A stretch of 64,000 nt of DNA from Mobula hypostoma (Eukaryota): contig NC_086108.1 of NCBI RefSeq assembly GCF_963921235.1, forward strand, positions 77,688,001 to 77,752,000, given 5' to 3'. Position 1 is the stretch's first letter. Every line of letters begins with the position of its first letter. Under the pieces are notes generated by a model. That model did no database searches. It saw only the letters and a list, made by a program, of their open reading frames with translations, and was not told the origin of the DNA. Shown here piece after piece: positions 48,912 to 61,849 of the stretch. Made by a program: the position numbers and the translations under genes.

Positions 48912-51890
48912 ATGAAAGGTGTAATAATAACAGAGTTGTCGTGATGGGAGATTTTAATTTCCCAAATATCGATTAGCATCTCCCTAGAGCAAGGGGTTTA
49001 GATGGGGTGGAGTTTGTTAGGTGTGTTCAGGAAGGTTTCTTGACACAATATGTAGATAAGCCGACAAGAGGAGAGGCTGTACTTGATTTGGTATTGGGAA
49101 ATGAGCCTGGTCAGGTGTCAGATCTCTCAGTAGGAGAGCATTTTGGAGATAGTGATCATAATTCTATCTCCTTTACAATAGCATTGGAGGGAGATAGGAA
49201 CAGACAAGTTAGAAAAGCGTTTAATTGGAGTAAGGAGAATTATGAGGCTACCAGGCTGGAAATTGGAGGCTTAAATTGGAAACGGAAGTTCTCAGGGAAA
49301 AGTATGGAAGAAACGTGGCAAATATTCAGGGGATATTTATGTGGAGTTCTGCATAGGTACGTTCCAATGAGACAGGGAAGTTATGGTAGGGTACAGGAAC
49401 CATGGTGTACAAAGACTGTAATAAATCTAGTCAAGAAGAAAAGGAAAGCTTACAAAAGGTTCAGAGAGCTAGGTAATGTTAGAGATCTAGAAGATTATAA
49501 GGCTAATAGGAAGGAGCTTAAGAATGAAATTAGAGAGCCAGAAGGGGCCGTGAGAAGACCTTGGCGGGCAGGATTAAGGAAAACCCCAAGGCATTCAACA
49601 AATATGTGAAGAGCAAGAGGATAAGACATGAAAGAATAGGACCTATAAAATGTGACAGTGGGTGTGTACAGAACCGAGGAAATAGCAGAGGTACCTAATG
49701 AATACCTTATTTCAGTATTCACTATGGAAAAGGATCTTGGTGATTGTAGTGATCACTTGCAGCAGACTGAAAAGCTTGAGCATGTAGATATTAAGAAAGA
49801 GGATGTGCTGGAGCTTTTAGAAAGCATCAAGTTGAATAAGTTGCCAGGACCGGATGAGATGTACCCCAGGCTACTGCGGGAGGCGAGGGAGGAGATTGCT
49901 GAGCCTTTGGCGATGATCTTTGCATCAGCAATGAGGACGCAAGAGGTTCCGGGGGATTGGAGGGTTGCGGATGTTGTTCCTTTATTCAAGAAAGGGAGTA
50001 GAGGTAGCCCAGGAAATTATAGACCAGTGAGTCTTACCTCAGTAAGTTGATGGAGAAGATCCTGGGAGGCAGGATTTATGAACATTTGGAGAGGTATAAT
50101 ATGATTAGGAATAGTCAGCATGGCTTTATCAAGGGCAGGTCAGGCCTTACAAGCCTGATTGAATTTTTTGAGGGTGTGACTAAACACATTGATGAAGGAA
50201 GAGCAGTAGATATAGTGTATATGGATTTCAGCAAGGCATTTGATAAAGTACCCCATGCAAGGCTTATTGAGAAAGTAAGGAAGCATGGAATCCAAGGGGA
50301 CATTGCTTTGTGGATCCAGAACTGGCTTGCCCACAGAAGGCAAAGAGCGGTTGTAGAGGGGTCATATTCTACATGGTCACCAGTGTAGTGCCTCAGGGAT
50401 CTGTTCTAGGACACTTACTCTTCATGATTTTTATAAATGACCTGGATGAGGAAGTGGAGGGATGGGTTAGTAAGTTTGCTGATGACAGAAAGGTTGGAAG
50501 TGTTGTGGATAGTGTGGAGGGCTGTCAGAGGTTACAGCGGGACATTGATAGGATGCAAAACTGGGCGGAGAAGTAGCAGATGGAGTTCAACCCAGGTAAG
50601 TGTGAAGTGGTTCATTTTGGTCGGTCAAAATGATGGCAGAATATAGTATTAGTGGTAAGACTCTTGGCAGTGTGGAGGATCAGAGGGATCTTGGGGTCTG
50701 AGTCCATAGGACACTCAAAGCAGCTGTGCAGGTTGACTCTGTGGTTAAGAAGGTATACGGTGTATTGGCCTTCATCAATCGTGGAATTGAATTCAGGAGC
50801 CGAGAGGTAATGTTGCAGCTATATAGGACCCTGGTCAGACCACACTTGGAGTTCTGTGCTCAGTTCTGGTCGCTCACTACAGGAAGGATGTGGAAGCCAT
50901 AGAAAGGGTGCAGAAGAGATTTACAAGGAGGTTGCCTGGATTAGGGAGCATGCTGTTGTAGTGTGGTTGAAATGACCGGAGAGACAGAGTCACTGGTAGA
51001 CACAAATCAGCTTCTTTATTCGACACAACAAGCTCAATGTGGGCTCAATATTTATATGCACAAAGGCAATTGCTACTTAAAAAGTTATAGACAATGCATA
51101 GACAATGCTTCCTATTGATGCTACATACAAAATATCACACCATCCTTTCCTTCTGACGACAACCTGTCTGGGTTGGTATCCATAGCCTTTAGGAATGCAA
51201 GTTAAGTCTACGATACATTTATTTGGCATTTCACGTGCTAACACAGAAGACAATTAATATTTATAATGTATAGATAATACTGTCTTCGAAACTACAGCAT
51301 CTGCTCAAACTATGGCGCTAGAAGCATCTGGTATTCACACCCTTTTAGGAAGCGAATTGTTGTGGAGTCAATCCACAGTACTTTGTCAAATGGAAGTCTG
51401 GTGGCCAAAGTCATTTAAGTGTAAACAAATCATCTACCCAAAAAAACTCACTCTAACATATGCCTTATGAAAACAGGTTGAGTGAACTCGGCCTTCTCTC
51501 CTTGGAGCGGTGGAGGATGAGAGGTGACCTGATAGAGGTGTATAAGATGATGAGAGGCATTGATCATGTGGATAGTCAGAAGCTTTTTCCCAGGGCTGAA
51601 ATGGTTGCCACAAGAGGACACAGGTTTAAGGTGCTGGGGAGTAGGTACAGAGGAGATGTCAGGGGTAAGTTTTTTACTCAGAGAGTGGTGAGTGTGTGGA
51701 ATGGGTTGCCGGCAACGGTGGTGGAGGCGGATATGACCGGGTCTTTTAAGAAACTTTTGGATAAGTAAATGGAGCTTAGTAAAATAGAGGATTGTAGGTA
51801 AGCCTAGTAATTTCTGAGGTAGAGACATGTTCGGCACAACTCTGTGGGCCGAAGGCCCTGTACTGTACTGTAGGTTTTCTATGTTTCTAT
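48912..51890 (+). mobile_element. Fourth long CR1 (5'-truncated in the endonuclease), interrupted by a solo LTR
   Basis: [60 protein letters not shown]; ttctatg tail. atgaaagg is repeated at both ends. Confidence 0.96.
50954..51458 (-). mobile_element. Solo LTR (505 bp)
   Basis: TGTT...AACA termini, 5-bp flanks catgc/tatgc, and it splits the CR1 sequence GLGSM|PYENRL. Minus-strand TATAAATA (~51048-51055) lies upstream of AATAAA (~51015-51020). Confidence 0.85.
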
Positions 51891-52466
51891 GAAAGGCCAT
51901 CACGGTTTTCAGTTCTTTATACCTGCTAAATGCTTCTTGGGGGCATCAGGCAGTGGGAGCAGAAGGTATGTTTCTAGTGAAATGTGCCTCAGAATGGTAA
52001 GTGGGGAGAAACATAAATGGCTGGGAATGATAGTTTGGTAACCAAAGGCAAGGGTGCAATCTTGCAAAGTTCTCCGGTGCAAAACATAGTCTTACAGCTG
52101 GGATACATTTAGATACATAATGATTTTTAAATTGTTTCAGGGAGTAGTTGCAGAAATATGATGAATTGAAAAATAATCTAACACCTCCCTCTGAAAAGTT
52201 CACTTATAAAAGAAGAAAATAAAGTCCATATCCGCCAAAAAAAGGAAAGCTTGAAAAGAAACATGGAAATTTATGACTCATTGAGCTATATTAGCTGAAT
52301 GTTCCAGTCTTTCAATGGAAATTAGGAAATACTAATGATTCTCCAATGAATTTCATTGGAAATTGTTGCTGTCACTTTTATTTTAATAAATAAATGCAGT
52401 TGCATGCCACATCCACCCTGCAACTTTTCTAATGCAGCCCCATGGATAATAGATTCTATTTAACAT

Positions 52467-54106
52467 AATAATGGGTCCTGGACACCAGCCCAACCAGTTC
52501 CCTTCCACCACCACTCTCCTCCACCTAGCGGAACTTGTCCTCAATCTCAATAATTTCTCCTTTGGCTCCTCCCATTTCCTTCAAACAAAAGGGGCAGCCA
52601 TGGGCACTCGTATGGGTCTCAGCTATGCCCGCCTGTTTGTCAACTATATGGAACAGTCTATGTTCCAACTGGCGACCGTCCTGCACTTTTCCTACGCTAC
52701 ATCAGCGACTGCATTGGTGTTGCTTGCTGCACCCATGCCCAGCTCGTCAATTTCATCAACTTTACCTCCAATTTCCACCGTGCCCTCAAATCCACCTGGT
52801 CAATTTCCGACATCTCCCTTCCCTTTCTCAAACTCACTGTCTCTATCTTTGGAGACTGCCTATCCACTGACGTCTATTACAAAGCCACGGACTCTCACAG
52901 CTATCTAGACTACACTTTGTCCCACCCTGCTTCTTGTAAAAAAGCCATCCCCTTTTCTCAGTTCCTCCACCTCCACCGCAACTGCTCTCAGAATGAGGTT
53001 TTTCATTCTGGGACGAAGGAGGTGTCTTCCTTTTTCAAAGAAAGGGGCTTCCCTTCCTCCACCATCAACACTGCACTCAACCGCATCTCTCCATTCCATG
53101 CATGTCTGCTCTTATCCTATCCTCCTGCCACCCTACCAGGGATAGGGTTCCTCTGGTCCTCACGTGCCACCCCTCCAGCCTCCATGCCCAGCACATAATT
53201 CTCTGAAACCTCCGCCACTTCCAACGGGATCCCACCACCAAGCACATCCTTCCCTCCCCCCGACTTTCTGCTTTCTGCAGGGATTGCTCCCTACATGACT
53301 CCGTTGCCGATTCATCCCTCCCCGCTAATCTCCCTCCTGGCACTTATCCTTGCAAACAGAACAAGTGCTACATCTGCCCTTACACTTCCTCCCTCGCTAC
53401 TATCCAGGGCCCTAAACAGTCCTTCCAGGTGAGGCGACATTTCACCCATGAATTTGTTGGGGTTATTCACTGTGTCCGGTGCTCCTGGTGTGGGCTCCTG
53501 TACATCAGTGAGACCCGATGTAGGTTGGAGCATCAACTCTCTGTCTGCCAGAACAAGCAGGATCTCCCAGTGCCCACCCATTTTAATTCCACTTCCCATT
53601 CCCATTCCGAATGGCCTCCTCCATCGTCGTGATGAGGCCACACTTAGGTTCGAGGAACAACACCCTATATTCCGTTTGGGGAGTCTCCAACCTGATGGCA
53701 TGAACATGGATCTCTCAAACTTCTGGTAATGTCCCCCAACCCCCCCCCCACCCACCTCCTTCTCCATTTCCCATCCCCTTTTCCCTCTCTCACCTCATCC
53801 CCTTGCTCTGGTGTTCCTTCCTGCTTTTTCTTTTTTCCATGGCCTTCTGTCTCTTTCTCCAATCAACCCCAGCTCTTTACTTCATCACTCCCCCTCCAGG
53901 TTTCACCTATCACATAGTGGTTCTCTCTTCCCTCACCCCGCCTTTTAAATCTATTCCTCAGCCTCTTTTCTCCAGTCCTGCCAAAAGGTTTCGGCCCAAA
54001 ACATTGACTGTACTTTTTTCCATAGATCCTGCCTGGCACGCTGAGTTCCTCTGGCATTTTGTTTGTGTCACTCGGATTTCCAGCAATTGCAGATTTTCTC
54101 TTGTTG
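52467..54106 (+). mobile_element. Penelope-like element (RT C-half, GIY-YIG, 3' terminus), pseudogenised
   Basis: LAELVLNLNNFSF...QTKGAAMGTRMG.SYA.LF, SHPASCKKAIPFSQF, VIHCVRCSWCGLLYISET, EEQHPIFRLGSLQPDGMN. Degenerate hammerhead at ~53972-54010. TSD ctatttaacat at 52456-52466 and 54107-54117. Confidence 0.95.
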
Positions 54107-54814
54107 CTATTTAACATTGGTGGTTTGCCACATCCTGAGGTATTTTCTCATGCTCACTTGAGTGAAATTGCAAATTCTCCATCTGTGAGTAGGTGAATAA
54201 ACTGCAGATGAAGGATGCAATGTTTTTTTCAGATTTTATTTAAGTGCCATCTGTCAAAAGACTAGCCAGATGCATCTTCACCAAAACACACTGTAAGTTG
54301 TGACTTGTTAAGTTCCTTGCCCTTGACAAGGTTTTGTCCACTTTATAGGACACCTCTATTTGGATTACAATCATTGCTGTGAGATTCCTATAATCTGTCA
54401 TTTAATTTTCTACTTCACTCTCACTCTGCTATCTGTTTCTTTTCCCTCCTCCACTGATTAGTGATGTTCAACATAAGCTTGAGCATCTCATCTTTTGAGC
54501 AGACGCATTACAATCTTTGAAACTCAACTGTTAGATATAATGTTTCAGCTCTTCCATTCATGCCTCCTCTAGGCACATCTTTTGTCCCATCACCACCGCT
54601 TTCATCTTACATCACCATCCCTTTGATGTTCAACCTCTCTTCCTTTCCCATTGTTCTCTGTTTTTTCTTACATTTTCCCCTAGTGTTAAATCTTGTTTGG
54701 TTTCCAGTTCTGAGGAAAATCCATTGATCCTAATGTTCCCTGACCTGCAGAGGTTTTCCAGAACTTTTTGTTCTCATTATGGACTATGCCTGATGATTTA
54801 TGAGATACGAGTCA

Positions 54815-55470
54815 AAGAATCATAGAATAATTAAATCATACAGCACAAACACAGCCCCTTTCGACCCATTTCATTTGTGCTAACTGTGATGCCTATTGAA
54901 GCTGTTCCAAGTTGCTTGCATTATGCTCATATTCCTCTCAATCTTTCCTATCTACGAACTTGTCCTTAAAAAGGTTGTAATTGCGTCCTCCTCTACCACC
55001 AGATCATTCCAGAGAGCCACCGCCATCTATGTGAAAAACTTACCTCGCAGATCTCCTTTAAATTTCTCTCCTCACGCCTTAAAGCTGTATCCTCTAGTTC
55101 TCGGTTCACTTCCTTGGAAAACAGGCCCTGACTGTCTCTTCTATCTGTGCCCCTCATTATTTTATAAACAGCTATGAGTACATCCTTCTGCGCCTTATAT
55201 TCTAATGAGAATAAACATCAACCTATACAATCCCTTAGAACCACAGCTATTTCAGGCAACATCCAGGCCAGCTTTTTATGCACTCTCTCTATTGTTACTG
55301 CACCCTTCCTGTAGCGTTACCGGATGTACTTGACCTACTCCATATATGGTCTAATCAATATTTTGTACAAATGCAACAGTTCTCCATCCTCTGGAAGCAA
55401 GCCTGCGAAGTGTCGCCTTCACCATGCCATCCATCTGTATCACCATTTCTGTGAGCTATGTACTTATATT
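54815..55470 (-). mobile_element. Old CR1 3' fragment
   Basis: Reverse complement of a CR1 tail (catacagcacaaacacagcccctttcg) and of the GDLRGKFFT region. Confidence 0.75.
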
Positions 55471-55499
55471 TCACTCTCATACTGTATTGATTTCATCTA

Positions 55500-56730
55500 A
55501 CAAACAAACGTTGATTGGGAGAGGTTAGCAGGTAAAATTTGAGCAAGAGGGAGGTTTTTAGATCACGAAATATGGAGAGTTCAGGGTCAATATGTTTCTG
55601 TTAGAGTGAAGGGTAAGGCTGGCAAGTTCAGGGAACCCTGGCTCACTGGGGATATTCTGGCTCTGATCAGGAAAAAGAAGAGAAATATATCAGTAATAGG
55701 CAGTTAATTTCAAGCAAATCCCTTGAGGAGTATTAGAGATGTAAACCTCAGAAGGAAGCCAAGAGACTGAAAAGAGGATGTGAAATATCCTTTGCAAATA
55801 AAGTAAAGGAGAATCTTAAGAGATTCTATAAGTATGTCCATCATGAAAGATCCTCACCACCCAAGCCATGCTCTTTTTCTTGCTACTGCTGTCAAGTAGA
55901 GAGTACAAGTGCCTCAGGACTGCACCAACAGGTTCAAGAACAGTTACTACCCCTCAACCAGCACACTCTTGAACAAAAGGAGATAGCTACACTCATTCTA
56001 CTTCTGGTGTTACCACAACCAATGCTCTCAATTTATTGACTCTTTATCTTGTTATTTTATGCATGTTGTTTAGTTCTTTTTATTTGCACAGTTCATTGTC
56101 CATTGATCCTGTTTATAGTTACTGTTCTATAGATTTGCTAAGTATGCCCGCAGAAAAAGAATCGCAGGATCATATGTGATGACATGTATGTACACGTACA
56201 TGTATAAATTTTACTTTGAACTTTGAGTATGTTAAGAGCAAAAGGTAACTTGGGAAGGAATTGTTCCCCTTAAGCTTCAGTTTGGTTGTCTTTGTGTGGA
56301 ACCACAGGAGATGGACGAGCTCTAAAATAAATACAATTCATCTGCAAGTTTTTCTGATAAGGTCATGGAACCCAAGGAATTCAGGAAAGAGAACAAGGAT
56401 GTCTTAAACATATCAAAATTATGAAAGATAAGTTGCTGGCAGTGTAGATGCGCAAAATGAGCATTAATCCCTGGGGTTTGACCAAGTGTATCCTTGGATG
56501 TAGTGGGAAGCAAGAGAAGAAAATGCAGGTGTGCTGGCAGAGACTTGTATTATCTTCCTTAGCAATGGCTAAGGTACTGGAAGACTGGAAGGTGGCTATA
56601 TATGTGTCTTTATTTAAGAAGGACTGCAAGGGCAAGACAGGGAACTACAGGCCTGTGAGTCTAACATCAGTGGTTAGAAAATTACTGGAGGGGAGACAGG
56701 ATCCATCTATAATTGGAAAAGTAAAGTAAA
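55500..56730 (+). mobile_element. CR1 ORF2 internal fragment with a nested Rex1-type 3' end (55838-56225)
   Basis: KVKENLKRFYKYV|KSK, EDWKVA...GNYRPVSLTSVV. The nested insert has TSD agtatgt at 55831-55837 and 56226-56232 and a tttgaactttg tail. Confidence 0.85.
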
Positions 56731-57370
56731 GGGATATATAGGAAGACTGCATTTTGAGATTAGTGTTAACTATTTTTCATCTCTAAAAGTTTTTTAAACA
56801 GCAATAGGGAGTTAACTAATATTATTTTAGTACAAGGGGAACAGCACTAATGAATTTTTAGACTTTTATATTATATAATATTTGATTTTCATTATTTTAG
56901 CTTCTATTTTAGTCTACAGTATAATTGCTCAGTCTTTATTTCACGCACAATAAAATTTTAGTTAAAACAAGTATTATTTTACTGATTATGATTGAATGTT
57001 TGGTCTGTTTGGCATTGTCAATAATTCTAAATGCCAGTACTGGTCCCTAAAGTAAATACTTCACAGCAACTAACATCAAGTTGCTGGACTCCATGCCATG
57101 ACAATCACAATTTGCTTTGAGGAGATGCCATTGGTGTATTCTTACTCCCAAATCAAAAGATTACAGAATCATCCCACTCCAGACAGCTACGCACAAAAGC
57201 TCCAGGCTGATGTTTTAGAGGGATTGCTGCATTTTCGAAAGAACCATCTTTTGAATGAAATACAGAATCAAGGCTCTGCTTGCCTCTTGAGAATATAGTG
57301 TTTTCGGTGCTGACTTGAATATTGTTTATCCATTATTGAATACTACGGAAAAAAAAATAACAGATTATCT

Positions 57371-58027
57371 GCGCAAACAACAGGAATTCTTCAGATGCTG
57401 GAAATTCAAGCAATACACATCAAAGTGTGGCTTCATCTTTACAGTAGAGGAGGCCATGGATAGACATGTCAGAATGGGAATGGGATGTGGAATTAAAATG
57501 TGTGGCCACTGGAAGATCCTGCTTTCTCTGGCGGACAGAGACACACTCAGGTTGGAGGAACAATACCTTATATTCCGTCTGGGTAACCTCCAACCTGATG
57601 GCATGAACATCGACTTCTCTAACTTCCGCTAATGCCCCACTCCCCCTCGTACCCCATCTGTTACTTATTTTTATACACACATTCTTTCTCTCACTCTCCT
57701 TTTTCTCCCTCTGTCCCTCTGAATATACCCCTTGCCCATCCTCTGGGTTCCCCCCCACCCCCGTCTTTCTTCCCAGACCTCCTGTCCCATGATCCTCTCA
57801 TATCCCTTTTGCCAATCACCTGTCCAGCTCTTGACTCCATCCCTCCCCCTCCTGTCTTCTCCTATCATTTTGGATCTCCTCCTCCCCCTCCCACTTTCAA
57901 ATCTCTTACTCACTCTTCCTTCAGTTAGTCCTGACAAAGGGTCTCGGCCTGAAACGTCGACTGCACCTCTTCCTAGAGATGCTGCCTGGCCTGCTGCGTT
58001 CACCAGCAACTTTGATGTGTGTTGCTT
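57371..58027 (+). mobile_element. Short PLE insertion with inverted 5' segment
   Basis: 57371-57540 is antisense PLE sequence, then RLEEQYLIFRLGNLQPDGMNIDFSNFR*, a pyrimidine-rich UTR and agtcCTGACAAagggtctcggcctGAAAcgtcgact. TSD taacagattatct at 57358-57370 and 58028-58040. Confidence 0.92.
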
Positions 58028-58564
58028 TAACAGATTATCTAGTCATTATCATGAGAGTTTGTTCTGTGGAATTTGACTGCTGGGTTTTCCTGCGAGGTCT
58101 GCAGTTTAAAAATACATCATTTACAGTAAAATACTTTGGGGTGGCATTCAAAATCCTATTTAGGTTCATATTCTTGTAGGTTTCTCTGCAGTTACACAAT
58201 GTTTAGGTCCTTGGCCTTGCTCCATGCCTGATACTATCTACTCTTTTGCTGTAAAATCTGTCATGCAAGGAAAAGACTGCTCTTGTTCAGTCTTAATAAT
58301 TTTATTTTTGAGTCCTCTAGCTAATAAGAGTAAAATAGAATCTCCATATTAGAAAATAAATTGGTGATGGGTATTCCTGTTGGTGTTTCAATGATTTTTC
58401 CAGTGAATTGTTTCCTTACCATATGCTCAATTGTTAAATGTTGTGAGACGCATGACAAAACTCATTACACTTTTTATTTGGAAGATAACAACAGCAGGGA
58501 GATGAATTCATATGGCACTTTTACAAAATTAAAACTGCTAGATATGTGGGCAAAAAAATATATT

Positions 58565-60860
58565 CTTTTTCGTAAACAGCCCCTTGGGATTGAGGATGAC
58601 TTGCTTCCACTTTAGTTCTAAAGGTTTTGAGGTGACTGATGAGGTGGACCTATACATTTTGCTACAGGTGTGTCAGGAATATGAGCAGGTAGTTTAGGAG
58701 GTGATGGACTCTTTCTCCAATTTGCTCTGGGTTTCTGATGCATGGATTCAAAGATCTCATTGCCATCCTGAAAAACTTCCTCTCCACATTGAATCATCTT
58801 GGGACAGAGAGACCACAAGGAAGAGCTGGTTACACTTTTACAAGGAGACTAATGAGAATATCCTTGAATTGTTTCCTCAGTACAACTGGTAAACTCTTGA
58901 TCTGTGGGAGTGTTTTGAGACTCTGTCGTCAGACATGCAAATGACATGGCCTGCCCATCAATGCCGACTAAATATAATTTGTCTTCAACACTGGTGACTT
59001 TGGATTGAGAGGGAACACGAATGTTAATTTCTGATCTTACCAATGGATCTGGAGATTTTGTATAAACACTATCACCTACGTCAGGATGCTGTTCATCGAC
59101 TATAGCTCAGCATTTAATACCATTATTCCCACAATCCTGATTGAGAAGTTGCCGAACCTGAGCCTCTGTACCTCCCTTTGCAATCGGATCCTCAACTTCC
59201 TAACCAGCAGACCACAATCTGTGCGGATATCCTCCTCGCTGACGATCGACACTGGGGTGTGTGCTTAGCCCACTGCTCTACTCTCTATACATACATGACT
59301 GTGTGGCTAGGTGTAGCTCGAATACCATCTATAACGTTGGTAGAATCTCTGCTGGTGATGAAAGGGCATACAGGAGTGAGATATGCCAACTAGTGGAATA
59401 GTGCCGCAGCAAAAACCTGGCACTCAACGTCAGTAAGAAGAAAGAGCAGGCTGTGGACTTCAGGAAGGGTAAGACAAAGGAAGACATAACAATCCTCATA
59501 GAGGGATCAGAAGTGGAGAGAGTGAGTAGTTTCAAGTTCCTGGGTGTCAAGATCTCTGCGGATCTAACCTGGTCCCAACGTATCAATGTAGTTATAAAGA
59601 AGGCAAGACAGCGGCTATACTTTATTAGGAGTTTGAAGAGATTTGGCATGTCAACAAGTACACTCAAAAACTTCTATAGTTGTACTGTGGAGAGCATTCT
59701 GACAGGCTGCATCATTGTCTTTTAGGTAGGGGCTACTTCACAGGACTGAAAGAAGCTGTAGAAGGTTGTAAATCTAGTCAGCTCCATCTTGGGTACTAGC
59801 CTACAAAGTACCCAGGACATCGTTAGGGAGTGGTGGCTCAGAAAGGCAGCATCCATTATTAAGGACCTCCAGCACTCAGGGCATGCTCTTTTCTCACTAT
59901 TGCCATCGGGTAGGAGGTGCAGAAGCCTGAAGGCACACACTCAGCAATTCAGGAACAGCTTCTTCCCCTCTGCCATCCGATTCCTAAATGGACATTGAAT
60001 CTTTGGACACTACCTCACTTTTTTTTAATATACAGTATTTCTGTTTTTGCACGTTTTTTAAAATCTATTCAACATATGTAATTGATTTCCTTGTTTATTT
60101 ATTATTATTTTTAAAAAAACAGATTTCTCTCTGCTAGATTATGTGTTGCAATGAAGTGCTGCTGTTAGGTTAACAAATTTCACGTTACATGCCAGTGATA
60201 ATAAACCTGATTCTGATTCTGATTATAGTATGTCACTAATACATTGACACGCCTGGTGTCAAAAGCAAACACAATGGGTAGGGATCACTGTTTCCCAGTA
60301 CACCATGAGCATTGTGCAAGGTTTCATAAACTCTTTCTTTCAGAAAGCCAAAGTCTGTGCTGGTGAACTGAAGGGGATAGTCAATTTCATCATTAATGTC
60401 TTTCTTCAATGAAAAGTGGCTCCCGAGATATCGGCAGATTTTACCAGGTCCCTTTGTCGGAGGGCAATATTGTTTAGCAGAGACAGGTTGGTAGAAAACA
60501 TTCATTGTGTTAAATTCTCTCATATGTCTCAGTGATTGAGTTGTTGATCTGGTCTTCCAAACATGCGCTTAAGCAAGCATCTCCTGTATACTGTAGCATA
60601 TTGAGATTAGAGTGATCTTGGCTGTACAGAGGAAGCTATGTAGGTTGAACAGCTTATTTGTCACATAGATTAGCTCTCCTGAATGAAACCTCTTGGAGAT
60701 GAGGCAAGGAAAATTGAGAGAAGCACTGTGGAAATGACACAGCTTTGCGTGGCACCAATCTGCACTGAGGATGTAGAGATGTTGGATAAGATCAGGACTG
60801 TATGCCTTCATGAAGCAGACAAGTGCTTGCACTTTTATAGCAGTTTGCTACCCTTGATAT
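58565..60860 (-). mobile_element. Decayed RTE LINE interrupted by Rex1 (59070-60222)
   Basis: Minus strand YLGSHFSLKKDINDEI...FGFLKERVY and SADWCH (CADD-like); RTE-like 3' end at ~58570-58650. Confidence 0.65.
59070..60222 (+). mobile_element. Rex1/Babar RT 3' half with (gattct)n tail
   Basis: [82 protein letters not shown]. Confidence 0.93.
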
Positions 60861-60898
60861 CCTAAAACAATTTACAGTGTATGTTGTTCTTTTTGAAG

Positions 60899-61057
60899 TA
60901 TTTTAATGCAGCAAGAAGGTCTGCCAGTTTATGTGAAAAAAAGGCATTCCATTGGAGAAATTATTTTTCAATTGGTAGCACAATATGGAAAATATCAAAA
61001 GATGCCATTTGTACTCTAGTTCAGAATTGCAGTGTCAGAGATCCTCCAGGCAATACA
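60899..61057 (+). CDS. Candidate internal coding exon (159 bp, phase 0-0) of an unidentified host gene
   Basis: Acceptor tgttgttctttttgaag, consensus donor ACA|gtaagt, 53 open codons: YFNAARRSASLCEKKAFHWRNYFSIGSTIWKISKDAICTLVQNCSVRDPPGNT. No retroelement motif. Confidence 0.45.
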
Positions 61058-61849
61058 GTAAGTGTACAGCAGGAGTATATTAAACACAATAGGACGAGAA
61101 TACTCATATATTAGTTGAGCTGCCGTACTATAATACATCAACTACAGCAAGAGTTCAGTCAGAATTAGACTACAGCAAGATTACACTAAAACAAATGAAA
61201 TTTGCAAAATTATTGAAGCTAATTTACACAACTGCATCTGACAGCCAGACTACATGTCTGTAAATGGAAACAGTTTTTATTTTTGAAAAGAACTTAATGT
61301 TCTTGAGAAGCAATTAAAAGGTAAAGCAATTCTCAATCAAGCAAAAATGACTAAATATTTTAATGAGAAGAAGCAATAAAGTAAAATTCTTGCAACATCT
61401 TTGAAGCTTTTTAATGTGCCATGTATTATCCTTTGCATTAACCAAGTATTTCCTTTATGGATAGAGTTGGTTTTCTTTATTACACTAGATGCTCAAGATA
61501 GTGCACTAAGCACAACTGATAAAATTTAATTCTCTGTAGAAATAATTACTTAAGATTTGTTGATTAGAATTTTCATCATTCATTCTCTTATATGAAATGT
61601 AATAATAGTCTTATAGGTTAATAACTTTAGTATGGCTACTTATAGCTAACTTCTCAAAATACAGATATCTGAGGAATGGCAAAGAACAGAAATAAAATGC
61701 TGCCTATAAAGTACAGAAACCCTTACCGTACTCAGAGTAAGAGATAATGTAGGTGTATCCATACAAACTGCTGATAACCTGAACCATCTGCTTAATGTTT
61801 ACATTCTTATTGTGTGACTTGTTCAATCTAGGAAGCAGACTTCCCTTTG

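Noticed and set aside
12852..51890. Possible targeting of CR1 into Rex1 copies (12852, 18268, 48912)
   Set aside because: The insertion points are at different Rex1 positions and Rex1 is abundant, so chance explains it.
52342..52360. Perfect small palindrome tccaatgaa-t-ttcattgga (another at ~12677-12699)
   Set aside because: Short AT-rich palindromes are expected by chance in 64 kb, and there is no associated structure.
59453..59725. ORF resembling the DUF1891 / ALKBH8 N-terminal annotation (KKARQRLYFIRSLKRFG)
   Set aside because: This is the Rex1/Babar RT C-terminal region, a common source of misannotation.
61727..61827. Minus-strand exon candidate with donor ACG|gtaagg
   Set aside because: The acceptor is weak and abuts a retroelement tail, the peptide is unrecognised, and there are no other minus-strand exons.
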